Positions 17,293-26,715 of a DNA stretch of 64,000 nt are shown here, piece after piece (the first letter of the stretch is position 1; each line of letters starts with the position of its first letter). The notes beneath the pieces are model-generated. The model worked only from the letters and a program-made list of their open reading frames with translations. It was not told the origin of the DNA and did not search any database. The stretch lies in the NCBI GenBank assembly GCA_043788645.1, contig JAYVTS010000144.1:4736-68735 (forward strand). The letters are read 5' to 3'. Both the position numbers and the translations under genes were made by a program. This DNA is from Verrucomicrobiota bacterium (GTDB taxonomy: Bacteria; Verrucomicrobiota; Verrucomicrobiia; Limisphaerales; UBA9464).

Positions 17293-18207
17293 CTACAACG
17301 GCCGCCCGGTGATCCGTTCGTAGGCTTCGAGGTACTTCGCCTGGGTCTTTAACACCACCTCCTGCGGCAGGCGAGGTGCCGGTGGGTTCTTGTTCCAATT
17401 GAGCGTCTCGAGATAGTCGCGAACGAACTGTTTATCGTAGCTCGGCTGGATGCGTCCCGGAAGATAGCGGTCAGCCGGCCAAAAACGTGAAGAATCAGGG
17501 GTCAACACTTCGTCAATCAGAATTAATTTTCCCTCAAACAAGCCAAACTCGAATTTCGTATCAGCGATAATAATGCCGCGTTTCCGGGCATAATCACGAG
17601 CGGTGGCGTAAAGCCGCAAGCTGAGTCGGCGCGCTTCCGCGGCGACGGCTTTACCGACCAAGACTTCGGCCCGTTCAAACGAAATATTTTCGTCGTGGCC
17701 GGTCTCCGCTTTGATGGCGGGAGTAAAGATCGGTTCTGGAAGTTCGCTGCCTTGCAACAGGCCGACGGGCAAAGAGATTCCGCACACGGTCTGTTGGGTA
17801 AGATATTCCTTCCAACCAGAACCAGCGAGGTAACCCCGGACGACACATTCAATGGTGAGAGGAAGTGCCTTTTTGACGATCATGCTACGGCCCGCGAGTT
17901 GGGCCGCGAACGGGGTGAGGCGGGCCGGTAACGGATCCTGCGCCCGAGCCAAGCGATGATTTGGCAACCACGACTCGGTGTAATCGAACCAAAAATGCGA
18001 CAACTGGGTCAGCACCTCGCCTTTGCGAGGAATACCGTTGGGCATGACGCAATCGAAGGCGGAGATACGGTCGGTCGCGACAAACAGCAGGGAATCCCCA
18101 AGATCGAAAACCTCACGAACCTTACCCGATTTGGGTGGGGGCAGGCCGGGAAGCACCAGTCGCAGAAGCGGCGCATTCGGCGTAATTTCGGAAAGTGGCA
18201 CGGACAT
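17293..18207 (-). CDS. purC: Phosphoribosylaminoimidazole-succinocarboxamide synthase
   Basis: SAICAR synthetase motifs GKVREVFDLGD.LLFVATDRISAFD and IIIADTKFEFG. Start taken at ATG 18207 (MSVPLSEI). Confidence 0.9.
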   Translation of the reverse strand: MSVPLSEITPNAPLLRLVLPGLPPPKSGKVREVFDLGDSLLFVATDRISAFDCVMPNGIPRKGEVLTQLSHFWFDYTESWLPNHRLARAQDPLPARLTPFAAQLAGRSMIVKKALPLTIECVVRGYLAGSGWKEYLTQQTVCGISLPVGLLQGSELPEPIFTPAIKAETGHDENISFERAEVLVGKAVAAEARRLSLRLYATARDYARKRGIIIADTKFEFGLFEGKLILIDEVLTPDSSRFWPADRYLPGRIQPSYDKQFVRDYLETLNWNKNPPAPRLPQEVVLKTQAKYLEAYERITGRPL

Positions 18208-18556
18208 GACGCCAGAAGGATACGAATTCAGAAAGAGGATCGAAAGCAAAAGCTGTTATTCCAATTTGTGTTCCAGAGGGGACTCGTTCTCACCGCTGCG
18301 GTCCAATCCGATTCGTGGTTGGAATACGACCAACGTCCCCGGTGGGGCCTCTTACGAAATCCTCGTTCAGCTCCGCAAGTTCGATAACACGGCTGACACC
18401 GCAAAGTCTGTGAGGTTCTCCTGGCCCATGTAATCGGCCCGAACCCGGATTGAAGAACACCTGCCTACTCGGGAACACACGGGGTCAGAGGTTAAGGTTA
18501 TAATCCGGTCATTTTCCGCCCTTTCCTTGGCGCAGATCTGCGCTCTTCTAAATCGA

Positions 18557-19207
18557 ATGAACGGACGTTTCGTGCTTTACCTCACCGCCACACTGTGTGC
18601 GGCATCGAATCTCACTGGCTGTCAAACTGCCTATTACGCCACGATGGAGAAATTTGGTTACGAAAAACGTGACCTGCTCAAGAAGGCCGTGGTGGCCGTC
18701 CGCCAGGAGGAAAAACAGGCGGGCACAGAATTTAAGGACGCGCTCACTCGATTGAAAGAGATGTACGCATTCCAAGGGGGCGACTTGGAAAAATCCTACA
18801 ACAAACTGAAGAGCGACTACGATGGCTGTGATAGCCAAGCCAAGGACGTCCGAAAGCGGATCAAAGACATGGACCAGGTGGGCACCGATCTCTTCGCGGA
18901 GTGGGAGAAGGAGATTGGAACGATGCAGAACTCAGGGCTGGCGAGTGATTCACGCCGAAAATTGAGCGAGACGAAGTCCCGCTTCGCCGGCCTTTCCAGC
19001 AACCTCCACCGTGCCGAAGCGACGATGGAACCGGTCCTCACGTCGTTGCGTGACCATGTGCTCTATCTGAAGCACAATCTCAATGCCTCCGCGATCGGCT
19101 CGCTGCGCAATGAAGGGGCAAACATTCAATCGAGCATTGATCGTTTGATCATCCAAATGAACGGATCCATCGCCGAAGCCGATGCGTTCCTTAAAACTCT
19201 GAATTAA
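18557..19207 (+). CDS. DUF2959 family lipoprotein
   Basis: Lipobox LTGC, then QTAYYATMEKFGYEKRDLL...SYNKLKSDYDGCDSQAKDVRKRI...HRAEATMEPVLTSLRDHVLYLKHNLNASAIGSL, which is collinear with DUF2959 proteins. Confidence 0.8.
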   Translation: MNGRFVLYLTATLCAASNLTGCQTAYYATMEKFGYEKRDLLKKAVVAVRQEEKQAGTEFKDALTRLKEMYAFQGGDLEKSYNKLKSDYDGCDSQAKDVRKRIKDMDQVGTDLFAEWEKEIGTMQNSGLASDSRRKLSETKSRFAGLSSNLHRAEATMEPVLTSLRDHVLYLKHNLNASAIGSLRNEGANIQSSIDRLIIQMNGSIAEADAFLKTLN

Positions 19208-19267
19208 GTCGTACCGCACCCCTGCCCCTCCCCTCATTCGCTAGCTCCAAATTGTAAAAAGATACCG

Positions 19268-19306
19268 GGTCGGCGCGAATTTTTTGATTCTCGCGCCGAC
19301 CTTTTT
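19268..19306. terminator. Rho-independent terminator between convergent genes
   Basis: An 11-bp stem (ggtcggcgcga / tcgcgccgacc) is followed by TTTTT on the plus strand. An A-run upstream gives a U-tract for the minus-strand secDF transcript. Confidence 0.75.
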
Positions 19307-19340
19307 AGAAATCCAGATCGCCCTATTTTACGCCTCCGCC

Positions 19341-21944
19341 TCAAGCCTCTTTCAATACGGTCGGATCAACGACAGCAAGGGCCGGGTTAATCGGGGAGCC
19401 AATGTGCGGACGGGCGCCCTGGTGCCACCACAACACCAGCGCGCTGGCAATATAGATGGACGAATAGGTGCCAGTAATAATACCCACGAGGAACGTAAAG
19501 GCGAAGTCGTTGATTCCACCACCGCCAAACACATACAAGATGAGGGTGGCCAGAAAGACCGTTCCAGACGTGATAATCGTTCGGCTCAACGTCTCGTTGA
19601 GGGCTCGATTGATGACTTCACGGAAAGTACCCGGCTTCCCTAGTTTCAGATCCTCGCGGATACGGTCGAAGATGACGATGGTGTCGTTGATCGAAAAACC
19701 GATGATCGTTAGGATGGCCGCCACAAAGGTGGCATTAAACTGCCGACCCTGTCCGGCCAGGCCCGTCAGGCAATACCAGCCAATGGTCATCAGGACGTCG
19801 TGAATACCCGCCACCACGGCGCCAATCGCAAAACTGAATTCATAGCGGAAGGCAACGTAAACCAGAATGCCAAAGAACGAGAGCAACATCGAGATAATCG
19901 CCGACTTCTGAATTTCAAAACCAACGGACGGGCCAACTGAATCGAGGGCCGTACGGTCAAACTCGGCCTTGGGGAACGCCTTCCTTAGTGCGGCTTCAGC
20001 CTTTTCACCATTGCCGGGTTGGCCCGCGATAATGGTATCGTCGTGGGGCACAATCACCGTCAGCGATTCTTTGCCGTTGGAGAGATCGCGCTGATAGCGA
20101 GCGATCGCGTCACCAATCTTGAGGTCTTCAACCACTTTCTTCACTTCGCTGTCGCTGGGCTTTGCGGCCGGGTTAAAGCGCCAGGAGATGCTATCACCCC
20201 CCGCAAACTCGACTCCCAACATGTTCTTGCCTCGACCAAAAATTCCGTACGTAATGCCCACGACAATTAACGCCCAAGATATAATAAAAGCTGGCTTGGC
20301 TAACTGCATGAAGTCGAGCTTCGTGGCGGGGATAATGTGCAACATCGGCAATCTTGTGATGACGCCTTTGGCGATCAAGAAGTCGAAAATCAGTCGAGTG
20401 ACGACGAGCGAAGTAAACAAGGAGAGGATCAACCCGACCGTCAACGAAACGCCGAAGCCCTTGACCGAGCCGGTACCGAGCAGAATCAACAGCACGGACG
20501 AGATCAACGTGGTGACGTGCGAATCCAAAATGGTACTAAAAGCTTTGTCATATCCGGCGGTAATCGTGCCGCGAAGCGATTTTCCTTGCGCCGCCTCTTC
20601 GCGCATCCGCTCGAAAATCAGCACGTTGGCATCGACCGCCATACCGATCGTCAGCACGATGCCCGCGATGCCTGGCAGGGTGAAGGTAACTCCCAGCGAG
20701 CACATCACGCCTAAAAGCAGGAGGACATTCAGGAGAAGTGCCACATTCGCAACGGCGCCCGCGAACATATAATACACGAGCATGAAGGTGACGACCGCGA
20801 TGACGCCCCAAATACAGGCTTTGAGGCCGGACTCGACAGAATCGCGACCGAGGGAAGGGTCGATGCCGGTTTCGTTAATGATACTCAACGGTGCGGCGAG
20901 TGGATTTTCTAAGGTGGAAGCAAGGTCCTGGGCCTCTTTCATCGTGTAATTGCCGGTGATTTGACCAGAACCAGTGTTCATGACCCCTTGAATGGTCGGG
21001 GCGGAAATGAGTTCGCCGTCGAGCACGATCGCGAGTTGACGCCCCAGGTTCGCCGTTGTGACATCTCGGAGTAGATTCACGCCCGAACCTTTGACGGCAA
21101 ATAGCACCAACGGCTTCCCGGTCGCCGGCTCGATCGATACCGACGAGGTGTCGATATATTGGCCATCCAATCCTTGCTCCGGAGATTCAGCCACGACATA
21201 TCGGTTGAATTCCGTTTGGCCGGTTCGTTTGTTCCGGATCTTTTCGGTCAATACGGTATATCCAGGCGGTATGAGACCCGTTTGGAGCAATTGCATACTG
21301 TCTTGATGAACGATACGAAATTCGAGGTAAGCGGCCTTGGTGATCAGGCTCCGCGCGCTGGCTTTATCTGATTCCGTCAATCCGGGTAATTGGACCAAGA
21401 GTCGATTTCGACCAGAGGGTTGAATGATCGGTTCCGAAACCCCGAGGGCATCGACGCGTTTGCGAATCACGCCCATGGCCTGATCGACCAGTTGTTGGTC
21501 ATTCAGTTTGGACGTGAAGTTTGTGGAGTTCCGCTGCCCACCCTTGCTCGGGTCGAGTTCGAGCAAGAAAGCCGTGCCACCTTGGAGATCGATGCCGAGA
21601 TGGAATTTACTTGAGGCATCGCGCTGAACGCGGTTGAGCAAGGATCGGTTGACGTCCGTGGCTTGGCTCAGATCGACGTAATTCTTGGGGAAGAACGGCG
21701 CGAGTTCATTCGTACCCACGGCGACCATCAAATTGGAATAACTGTTTCCGGGAAGCCGAGCGTCGAGTTCTTTCGCTCGAGCAATGATGCCGTCGAGCTG
21801 CTTCACTTGGTTCGTATCCCCCTCCGTCGCCGCTTTCGCAAATTGATCAATGAGATTGCGTGGATGAATGGGTACAATCGAGCCCACTGCCAAAGCGATG
21901 ACGAGCAGGATGAACAGGAACTTCCAAAGATGGGTACGGGTCAT
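19341..21944 (-). CDS. secDF: Protein translocase subunit SecDF (fused)
   Basis: 867 aa with a SecD periplasmic domain plus two RND-like 6-TM bundles (GIAGIVLTIGMAVDANVLIFERMREE and IGFSINDTIVIFDRIRED). Confidence 0.92.
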   Translation of the reverse strand: MTRTHLWKFLFILLVIALAVGSIVPIHPRNLIDQFAKAATEGDTNQVKQLDGIIARAKELDARLPGNSYSNLMVAVGTNELAPFFPKNYVDLSQATDVNRSLLNRVQRDASSKFHLGIDLQGGTAFLLELDPSKGGQRNSTNFTSKLNDQQLVDQAMGVIRKRVDALGVSEPIIQPSGRNRLLVQLPGLTESDKASARSLITKAAYLEFRIVHQDSMQLLQTGLIPPGYTVLTEKIRNKRTGQTEFNRYVVAESPEQGLDGQYIDTSSVSIEPATGKPLVLFAVKGSGVNLLRDVTTANLGRQLAIVLDGELISAPTIQGVMNTGSGQITGNYTMKEAQDLASTLENPLAAPLSIINETGIDPSLGRDSVESGLKACIWGVIAVVTFMLVYYMFAGAVANVALLLNVLLLLGVMCSLGVTFTLPGIAGIVLTIGMAVDANVLIFERMREEAAQGKSLRGTITAGYDKAFSTILDSHVTTLISSVLLILLGTGSVKGFGVSLTVGLILSLFTSLVVTRLIFDFLIAKGVITRLPMLHIIPATKLDFMQLAKPAFIISWALIVVGITYGIFGRGKNMLGVEFAGGDSISWRFNPAAKPSDSEVKKVVEDLKIGDAIARYQRDLSNGKESLTVIVPHDDTIIAGQPGNGEKAEAALRKAFPKAEFDRTALDSVGPSVGFEIQKSAIISMLLSFFGILVYVAFRYEFSFAIGAVVAGIHDVLMTIGWYCLTGLAGQGRQFNATFVAAILTIIGFSINDTIVIFDRIREDLKLGKPGTFREVINRALNETLSRTIITSGTVFLATLILYVFGGGGINDFAFTFLVGIITGTYSSIYIASALVLWWHQGARPHIGSPINPALAVVDPTVLKEA

Positions 21945-22007
21945 GGTGGAAAAATGGCTGGGAAAAAATAGCGAATGAACGGGGGCAATGGTGGAAGACC
22001 TTTGAAC

Positions 22008-22358
22008 TTAGCTGCTAGCGCGCTCGGTGACATCGACGATGGAAACTTTCGTCACTTCCAGGGTCGATTCGCCCGAGCGAAGAGTCACCGTATTGTCTTT
22101 CACGTTGACCACGGTGCCACACAGGCCGGCGGAAGTGGTGACTTTATCGTTCCGTTTCAACTGCTTCAGGAGTGCGGCTTGCTCACGGGCTTTCTTTTGC
22201 TGCGGACGGATCGTCAGCAACCAAAAGACGACACCAATGACGAGCATGAGCGAAAACTGGGTCACCATCGCCCGGCTTCCGGCATTAGCGTCCACCATGC
22301 CGTTAGCGGCAGTCGGTGGCGCGGTGAACGCAAACATAAGAGTGACTAAAGACAGCAT
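22008..22358 (-). CDS. yajC: Preprotein translocase subunit YajC
   Basis: LMLVIGVVFWLLTIRPQQKKAREQAALLKQLKRNDKVTTSAGLCGTVVNV, immediately upstream of secDF. ATG 22358 chosen; the ORF track extends to 22544. Confidence 0.85.
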   Translation of the reverse strand: MLSLVTLMFAFTAPPTAANGMVDANAGSRAMVTQFSLMLVIGVVFWLLTIRPQQKKAREQAALLKQLKRNDKVTTSAGLCGTVVNVKDNTVTLRSGESTLEVTKVSIVDVTERASS

Positions 22359-23292
22359 GATTCCTAACAAAAAATTGAGGCGTGAGCCTAAGAACGGGCG
22401 TCCCGGTGGCAAGGGCTGGTTCCAAACAGCTCGATCAGCCCGAAAAGAGCGGAAAACGACCGATTTCATCGGAAAGAAACGCGCGGGGAACCGGTGTTGA
22501 GCGCACTCCAAGGCGATGCCCGGCAAAATATCGCCGAGTTGCAATCAATTGGATACCAATAGGATAAAAATGCCAAAGCACTCGTGGGGTGCCCGCTGAT
22601 CGGAATTGACATGGATGCGCAGACTTGCCAATCCGCACGCGTTAGACCTGATGGCAAATGGCTCCTGGGCGGATGGATTGCCGTCCGGATTTGACCGACG
22701 CATCCCAATCTTGAGATTTTTAGTTCCTTCTTTGGGGTGCTTTGGGTCCCCATTCCATCTCCGTGATCATTGAAAAGGAACGGTTGGCTGGGCCGATGAT
22801 GTGGCCCCCCGAAATCACCGCTGAATTGCGGGTCCTTGTCAAAATGGGGACGGCTGGGCGAAATGGTAGCGCGGGTGCAAAAACGTCGCAGCCAAATGGA
22901 AGTCTTGCTCCGTCTCGATTTTATCGGTCAGGCGGCCGCCGTCCGATTGGCCGCCGATTGCTTCGAGTCGGCCTGAGGGATGGGTGATCCCGGCTTGCAG
23001 CGAGAGCCTCGGGCACCTAACCAACCTGTGGCTGAAGCTTCTACGCTTCAGGCACGGCCCGCAGTGGACCGGTCAGGCCTCGGCCGAAAGCTTGATTTAA
23101 CCACCACTGTCTCGAGCCTGGCTGGGCGGGAGCGGACCCTCGGGTCCGTTCGGCCACCTCTTCTCCCGCCCGGTCAATTTCACGCCCAGTTGGATTTTTA
23201 CACGGGGATTTTTCCCACTCGAAGGCACAACGGCACGACGAAGGGGTTGCGACACGGTCCCATTCGGGTGATCGAATTTCGCTCTGGAGAGG

Positions 23293-23682
23293 TCAGTTGA
23301 CGATGCGTTTAAGGCCGTCTTTGAGGAGGGCGGATCCAAAATTCAGGAGCAGCCCGAGTCGGAATTTCCGTAGCTTGAGATAGGTCAGTAACTGCTTACC
23401 ATGTATTGGTCCCAGCTGTTCCACGGATTTCAATTCTACGAGGAAACAATCATCAATCACGAGGTCCGCCCGAAACCCCTCTTCAAACCGCAAGCCGTCA
23501 TATTCAATTGCCATCGGTTTTTGTCGCTCCACCACGTATCCGCGCCGGGCCAGATCCCGGGCCAAAATCGCCTCGTAAACCGATTCCAGTAGACCCGGCC
23601 CGAGTTCGACATGCAGCCGGTAGGCCGCGGCTAGGACGTCGGTGGCGATGCTTTCGAGCTTCAGGGGAATGGGCGCGAACAT
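23293..23682 (-). CDS. GxxExxY protein (PD-(D/E)XK-like small protein family)
   Basis: Signature GPGLLESVYE, then RGY.VERQKPMAIEYDG......RADLVIDDCFLVELKSV and the C-terminal LLLNFG. Start at ATG 23682 (MFAPIPLK). Confidence 0.85.
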   Translation of the reverse strand: MFAPIPLKLESIATDVLAAAYRLHVELGPGLLESVYEAILARDLARRGYVVERQKPMAIEYDGLRFEEGFRADLVIDDCFLVELKSVEQLGPIHGKQLLTYLKLRKFRLGLLLNFGSALLKDGLKRIVN

Positions 23683-23754
23683 AAATATAAATTTGTCGTT
23701 GATGAGGACACCGCTTCCTACGGAGCATTGTTTCAAGTGTCACACCGCCTTTTG

Positions 23755-23955
23755 CTTTTTTCACACGGAGACCCGTTTTTTCACACGAAGACTCGAAGAC
23801 ACCAAGGAGTTTTTTGTTTCCTCAATGCACGTTTCGACCCGACGCAGTTTCAAGTTCTATCAAGCGTAGAGAATTTGCCCCATCCAAATCTGAATCCCTC
23901 TTCGTGTCTTGGTGCCTTCGTGTGAAAAAATTCCCCTCCCCTTCGTGTGAAACCT
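23755..23955. repeat. Cluster of TTCACACGAAG / CTTCGTGTGAA words with a perfect 16-nt inverted repeat
   Basis: ttttttcacacgaag (23775..23790) has the exact reverse complement cttcgtgtgaaaaaa at 23916..23930. Further copies are tcacacggag at 23761, cttcgtgtctt at 23899 and cttcgtgtgaaa at 23941. Confidence 0.8.
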
Positions 23956-23992
23956 TGCCCGAGGGGGAAGGGGCACGAATGGTCCGGGGCAC

Positions 23993-25552
23993 ATGTCGCG
24001 GATATTGAAATCGTCGGGAACCGCCGGGGCCGCAACGGCCCTGAGCCGCGTGCTCGGCTTCGTTCGGACCTCCGCTTACGCCGCCTTCATGGGTGATGGA
24101 CCGGTCGCCACCGCTTGGATGACCGCGGAGCAGGTGCCCAATCTTTTTCGCCGCCTTCTGGGTGAAGGCGCGCTCACCGCCGCCTTTGTCCCCACCTTCA
24201 AGGCGCGTCTCAAAAGCGATGGCGAAACCTCCGCCTGGCGATCCGCGGCCGCGGTCCTCTGCGCCCTAATCCTGGTCACAACCGCTCTCATCACCCTGGT
24301 AACCGTCGTCGTCACGGCCTTGTTGCATTTTGGGGCGTTCTCGTGGCGACAGGACCTCATGCTCCGACTGTTGCGAGTTATGTTTCCATATGTGCTGCTG
24401 GTTTGCTCAACGGCGGTGTTCATTGGGTTATTGAACGCCCGCGGCCGATATTTCCTGCCGGCGCTCGGCGCGGCGATGCTGAATGTCGTGATGATCGCGT
24501 CGGTTTATTTCCTGACGCCCTGGTTTGGATCGACCCCAGAAGAACAGATTTTCGGATTGGCCGTGGGTTACCTGATTGCGGGTGTCGCTCAAGCTGCCTT
24601 TCAGATTCCGGCCGTTCGGGCGGAAGGTTTTCGCTTCAAGTGGGTCAATCCGATCCGCGATCCGGTCGTCCGTGAAGTGCTTACCAAAATGGGCCCAGCC
24701 ACCCTGGGAGCGGCCGCGTATCAAATCAACGTTTTGACGACCAGCCTTTTCGCGGGAGCGGTGAGCGAAAACGCGGTGGCGTCGTTTAACTACGCCACGC
24801 GTCTCATGGAATTGCCCCAGGGAATCGTCGGGATTTCGATGGCCACGTTTCTCCTGACCGAGCTAAGTGGGCTGGCGGTCGATAAGAAATTTCCAGAGTT
24901 TCGGCGGACTCTCACGGAGGGGCTGCTCCATATGGTCTTTGTGAATGCGCTCGCCCTAGTGCTCCTAGTCGGGTTGAGTCAACCGATGATTCGTCTCTTA
25001 TTTGAACACGGTCGATTTACCGAAGTCTCGACCGCCCGAGCGAGCGGTGCATTGTGGTTCCTGGCACCGGGCTTGTTGTTTTTCTCCGCCAATAATATTC
25101 TGGCCCGTGCTTTCTACGCACTGCACGACACCCGAACGCCGATGATGATCAGCTTGTTTTGTCTGGGGACGAATCTGGTGCTGGTCTTTTTTTTGGCGGG
25201 ACCGATGCAACAACGGGGGATGGCCCTGGCCAATACCCTCTCAGCAACGGGCAACACCTTGCTGCTGTTCTATGCCCTGAAGAAAGCACTGCCCAAATTC
25301 GCAATCCGCGAGTTCGGTCCCGCACTAGGGACCATGGCCTCCGCGGCCTTGATCGTCGGATTGCTCGCTTGGGAACTGAACCGCCTCATTGAAGGCCAAT
25401 GGGGAACGAGAACGTTGGGTGCCCGGTTGATTGGGGTATTCGTGCCCATTACCGTCGCCGCCCTTACTTACCTAGGACTGGGACTCTGGCTCCGACTGCC
25501 CCAAGCACAGGAAATGCGAGCTGCGTTGTGGAGACGGGGTCGTAAGGTGTGA
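23993..25552 (+). CDS. murJ: Lipid II flippase MurJ
   Basis: LSRVLGFVRTSAYAAFMGDGPVATAWMTAEQVPNLFRRLLGEGALTAAFVPTF and 14 TM helices, as in MviN/MurJ. Confidence 0.9.
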   Translation: MSRILKSSGTAGAATALSRVLGFVRTSAYAAFMGDGPVATAWMTAEQVPNLFRRLLGEGALTAAFVPTFKARLKSDGETSAWRSAAAVLCALILVTTALITLVTVVVTALLHFGAFSWRQDLMLRLLRVMFPYVLLVCSTAVFIGLLNARGRYFLPALGAAMLNVVMIASVYFLTPWFGSTPEEQIFGLAVGYLIAGVAQAAFQIPAVRAEGFRFKWVNPIRDPVVREVLTKMGPATLGAAAYQINVLTTSLFAGAVSENAVASFNYATRLMELPQGIVGISMATFLLTELSGLAVDKKFPEFRRTLTEGLLHMVFVNALALVLLVGLSQPMIRLLFEHGRFTEVSTARASGALWFLAPGLLFFSANNILARAFYALHDTRTPMMISLFCLGTNLVLVFFLAGPMQQRGMALANTLSATGNTLLLFYALKKALPKFAIREFGPALGTMASAALIVGLLAWELNRLIEGQWGTRTLGARLIGVFVPITVAALTYLGLGLWLRLPQAQEMRAALWRRGRKV

Positions 25553-25609
25553 AATCGCAAGCTGGCATTCCGATCCATCGTATCGTACCCTACCTACGTA
25601 GAGGGTAGA

Positions 25610-25819
25610 TTGTTTCAGATAGTTCGGGGACTCTGCTGCTTTTTGCTGGCATTTTCGGACCGAAATGCCGTTGCCGAACAGAATGCGGGTCGAATTTTCG
25701 GGCCGGATGAGCGGGCGAAAATCCGTGCGCTGCTCCAACCCCATCCGGATGGGAGCCGCTACCAGCTAAGTCGTCAGCTCGCCTGGCCGTGGCACTGGCA
25801 CAGCTCCAGCGGTCAGTAA
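25610..25819 (+). pseudogene. Possible N-terminal remnant of a DUF4338 (DruA-like) gene
   Basis: GRIFGPDERAKIRALLQPHPDGSRYQLSRQLAWPWHWHSSSGQ-stop follows the DUF4338 N-terminal pattern (GR.F...E...IR.L....P..SR..LSR.L...W.W....G). It ends after about 70 codons, and nothing family-like follows. Confidence 0.3.
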
Positions 25820-26047
25820 CTCGACGAGATCGTTGACAGCGGCACCGGGGAGCGATAGCGTCACCTTTTTCCAGCTTCCAACGATGCCCCCGTTCCTCAT
25901 ACTCAAATTGCTATTTGGCTCGTTAGCTTGCTGGTAGGAGTGATTTCACTTTGACAAACCCTGCTGGACAAAAAAAGTTTCTCTCCCCTTTCTAGAATTG
26001 AGGCCTATTCAAATCTAAATTTCACTCGAATCGAGACGGATAGGAAT

Positions 26048-26686
26048 ATGAATGCTCGACGCTTAGCGGTTATATCCATCGGGATTGTTGTCTTCCTCTT
26101 CTGGCAACAGCACCAACAGATGATGGGCTTGAAGACCGAAGGAACCGCTCTTCGCAAGCAGGTCGAGCAAGTAGCAGCGCAGCGGGATGAAGCACGAAAA
26201 TTGGCCGCTCAACTCCGAACAATCGTTGAAGGCTCCGAGTCGGACCGGGGCGAGCTCATACGCTTACGTGGCCAGGCGGCCAGATTGGGTCGGGTGGAAC
26301 AGGAAAATGTCCGCTTTAAAAATGAACGCCAGAACTCGGCCAATCGGCTCAAGTCCCTAAAATCTGCGCCCCCCCTCTCCGAACAGCCGTTGTCGGCGGC
26401 CGAGGTCAATTCCACTCAACTCCCACCCGGCGTCACCAACTTGGGGATCATCGAGTTTTCAGATCGGACCCCGATGCGACTTGATTTGGGGGAAGGCACG
26501 ACATGCCTCGTTACGACGACTCTGCTCGACGACGGCCAACTTAGCATGGTTTTTTCTTTTGAAACGGACGTGGATGGAGTCCCCACTCGGACCGAACAGT
26601 CAGCGACGGTCGTTCCAGGCAAACAATTCGCGATGACCCTTCACGGTGCGCTGATCGCCTTGACACCCACTCTCGGAACCCAATGA
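26048..26686 (+). CDS. Hypothetical membrane-anchored coiled-coil protein
   Basis: N-terminal TM (LAVISIGIVVFLFW), a long charged helical segment and a C-terminal beta-rich domain. I recognise no family. Confidence 0.55.
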   Translation: MNARRLAVISIGIVVFLFWQQHQQMMGLKTEGTALRKQVEQVAAQRDEARKLAAQLRTIVEGSESDRGELIRLRGQAARLGRVEQENVRFKNERQNSANRLKSLKSAPPLSEQPLSAAEVNSTQLPPGVTNLGIIEFSDRTPMRLDLGEGTTCLVTTTLLDDGQLSMVFSFETDVDGVPTRTEQSATVVPGKQFAMTLHGALIALTPTLGTQ

Positions 26687-26715
26687 GGAAGCGGCGGATA
26701 CATCCCACCGCCCGA

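Noticed and set aside
18208-18526. The ~300-nt region upstream of purC could hold a ZTP (pfl) or purine riboswitch.
   Set aside because: Reading the minus strand, I found neither the GGGUCGUGACUGGCG / CCGCCUGGGC pfl signature nor the purine-riboswitch junction motifs. I saw only generic G+C-rich hairpins.
22840-23200. Possible tmRNA or RNase P RNA. The stretch begins GGGGACGGCTGGGCGAAATGG. It also contains ACGGCCCGCAGTGGACCGGTCAGGC and CGGTCAATTTCAC, which recall the 3' part of E. coli M1 RNA as I remember it.
   Set aside because: The universal RNase P motif GAGGAAAGUCC and the GGUAAGGGUGAAA region are absent on both strands, and the candidate is too short. For tmRNA there is no matching acceptor 3' end (CGTCCCC-ACCA), no T-arm, and no ...ALAA-type tag frame. 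I kept it only as an unexplained structured spacer.
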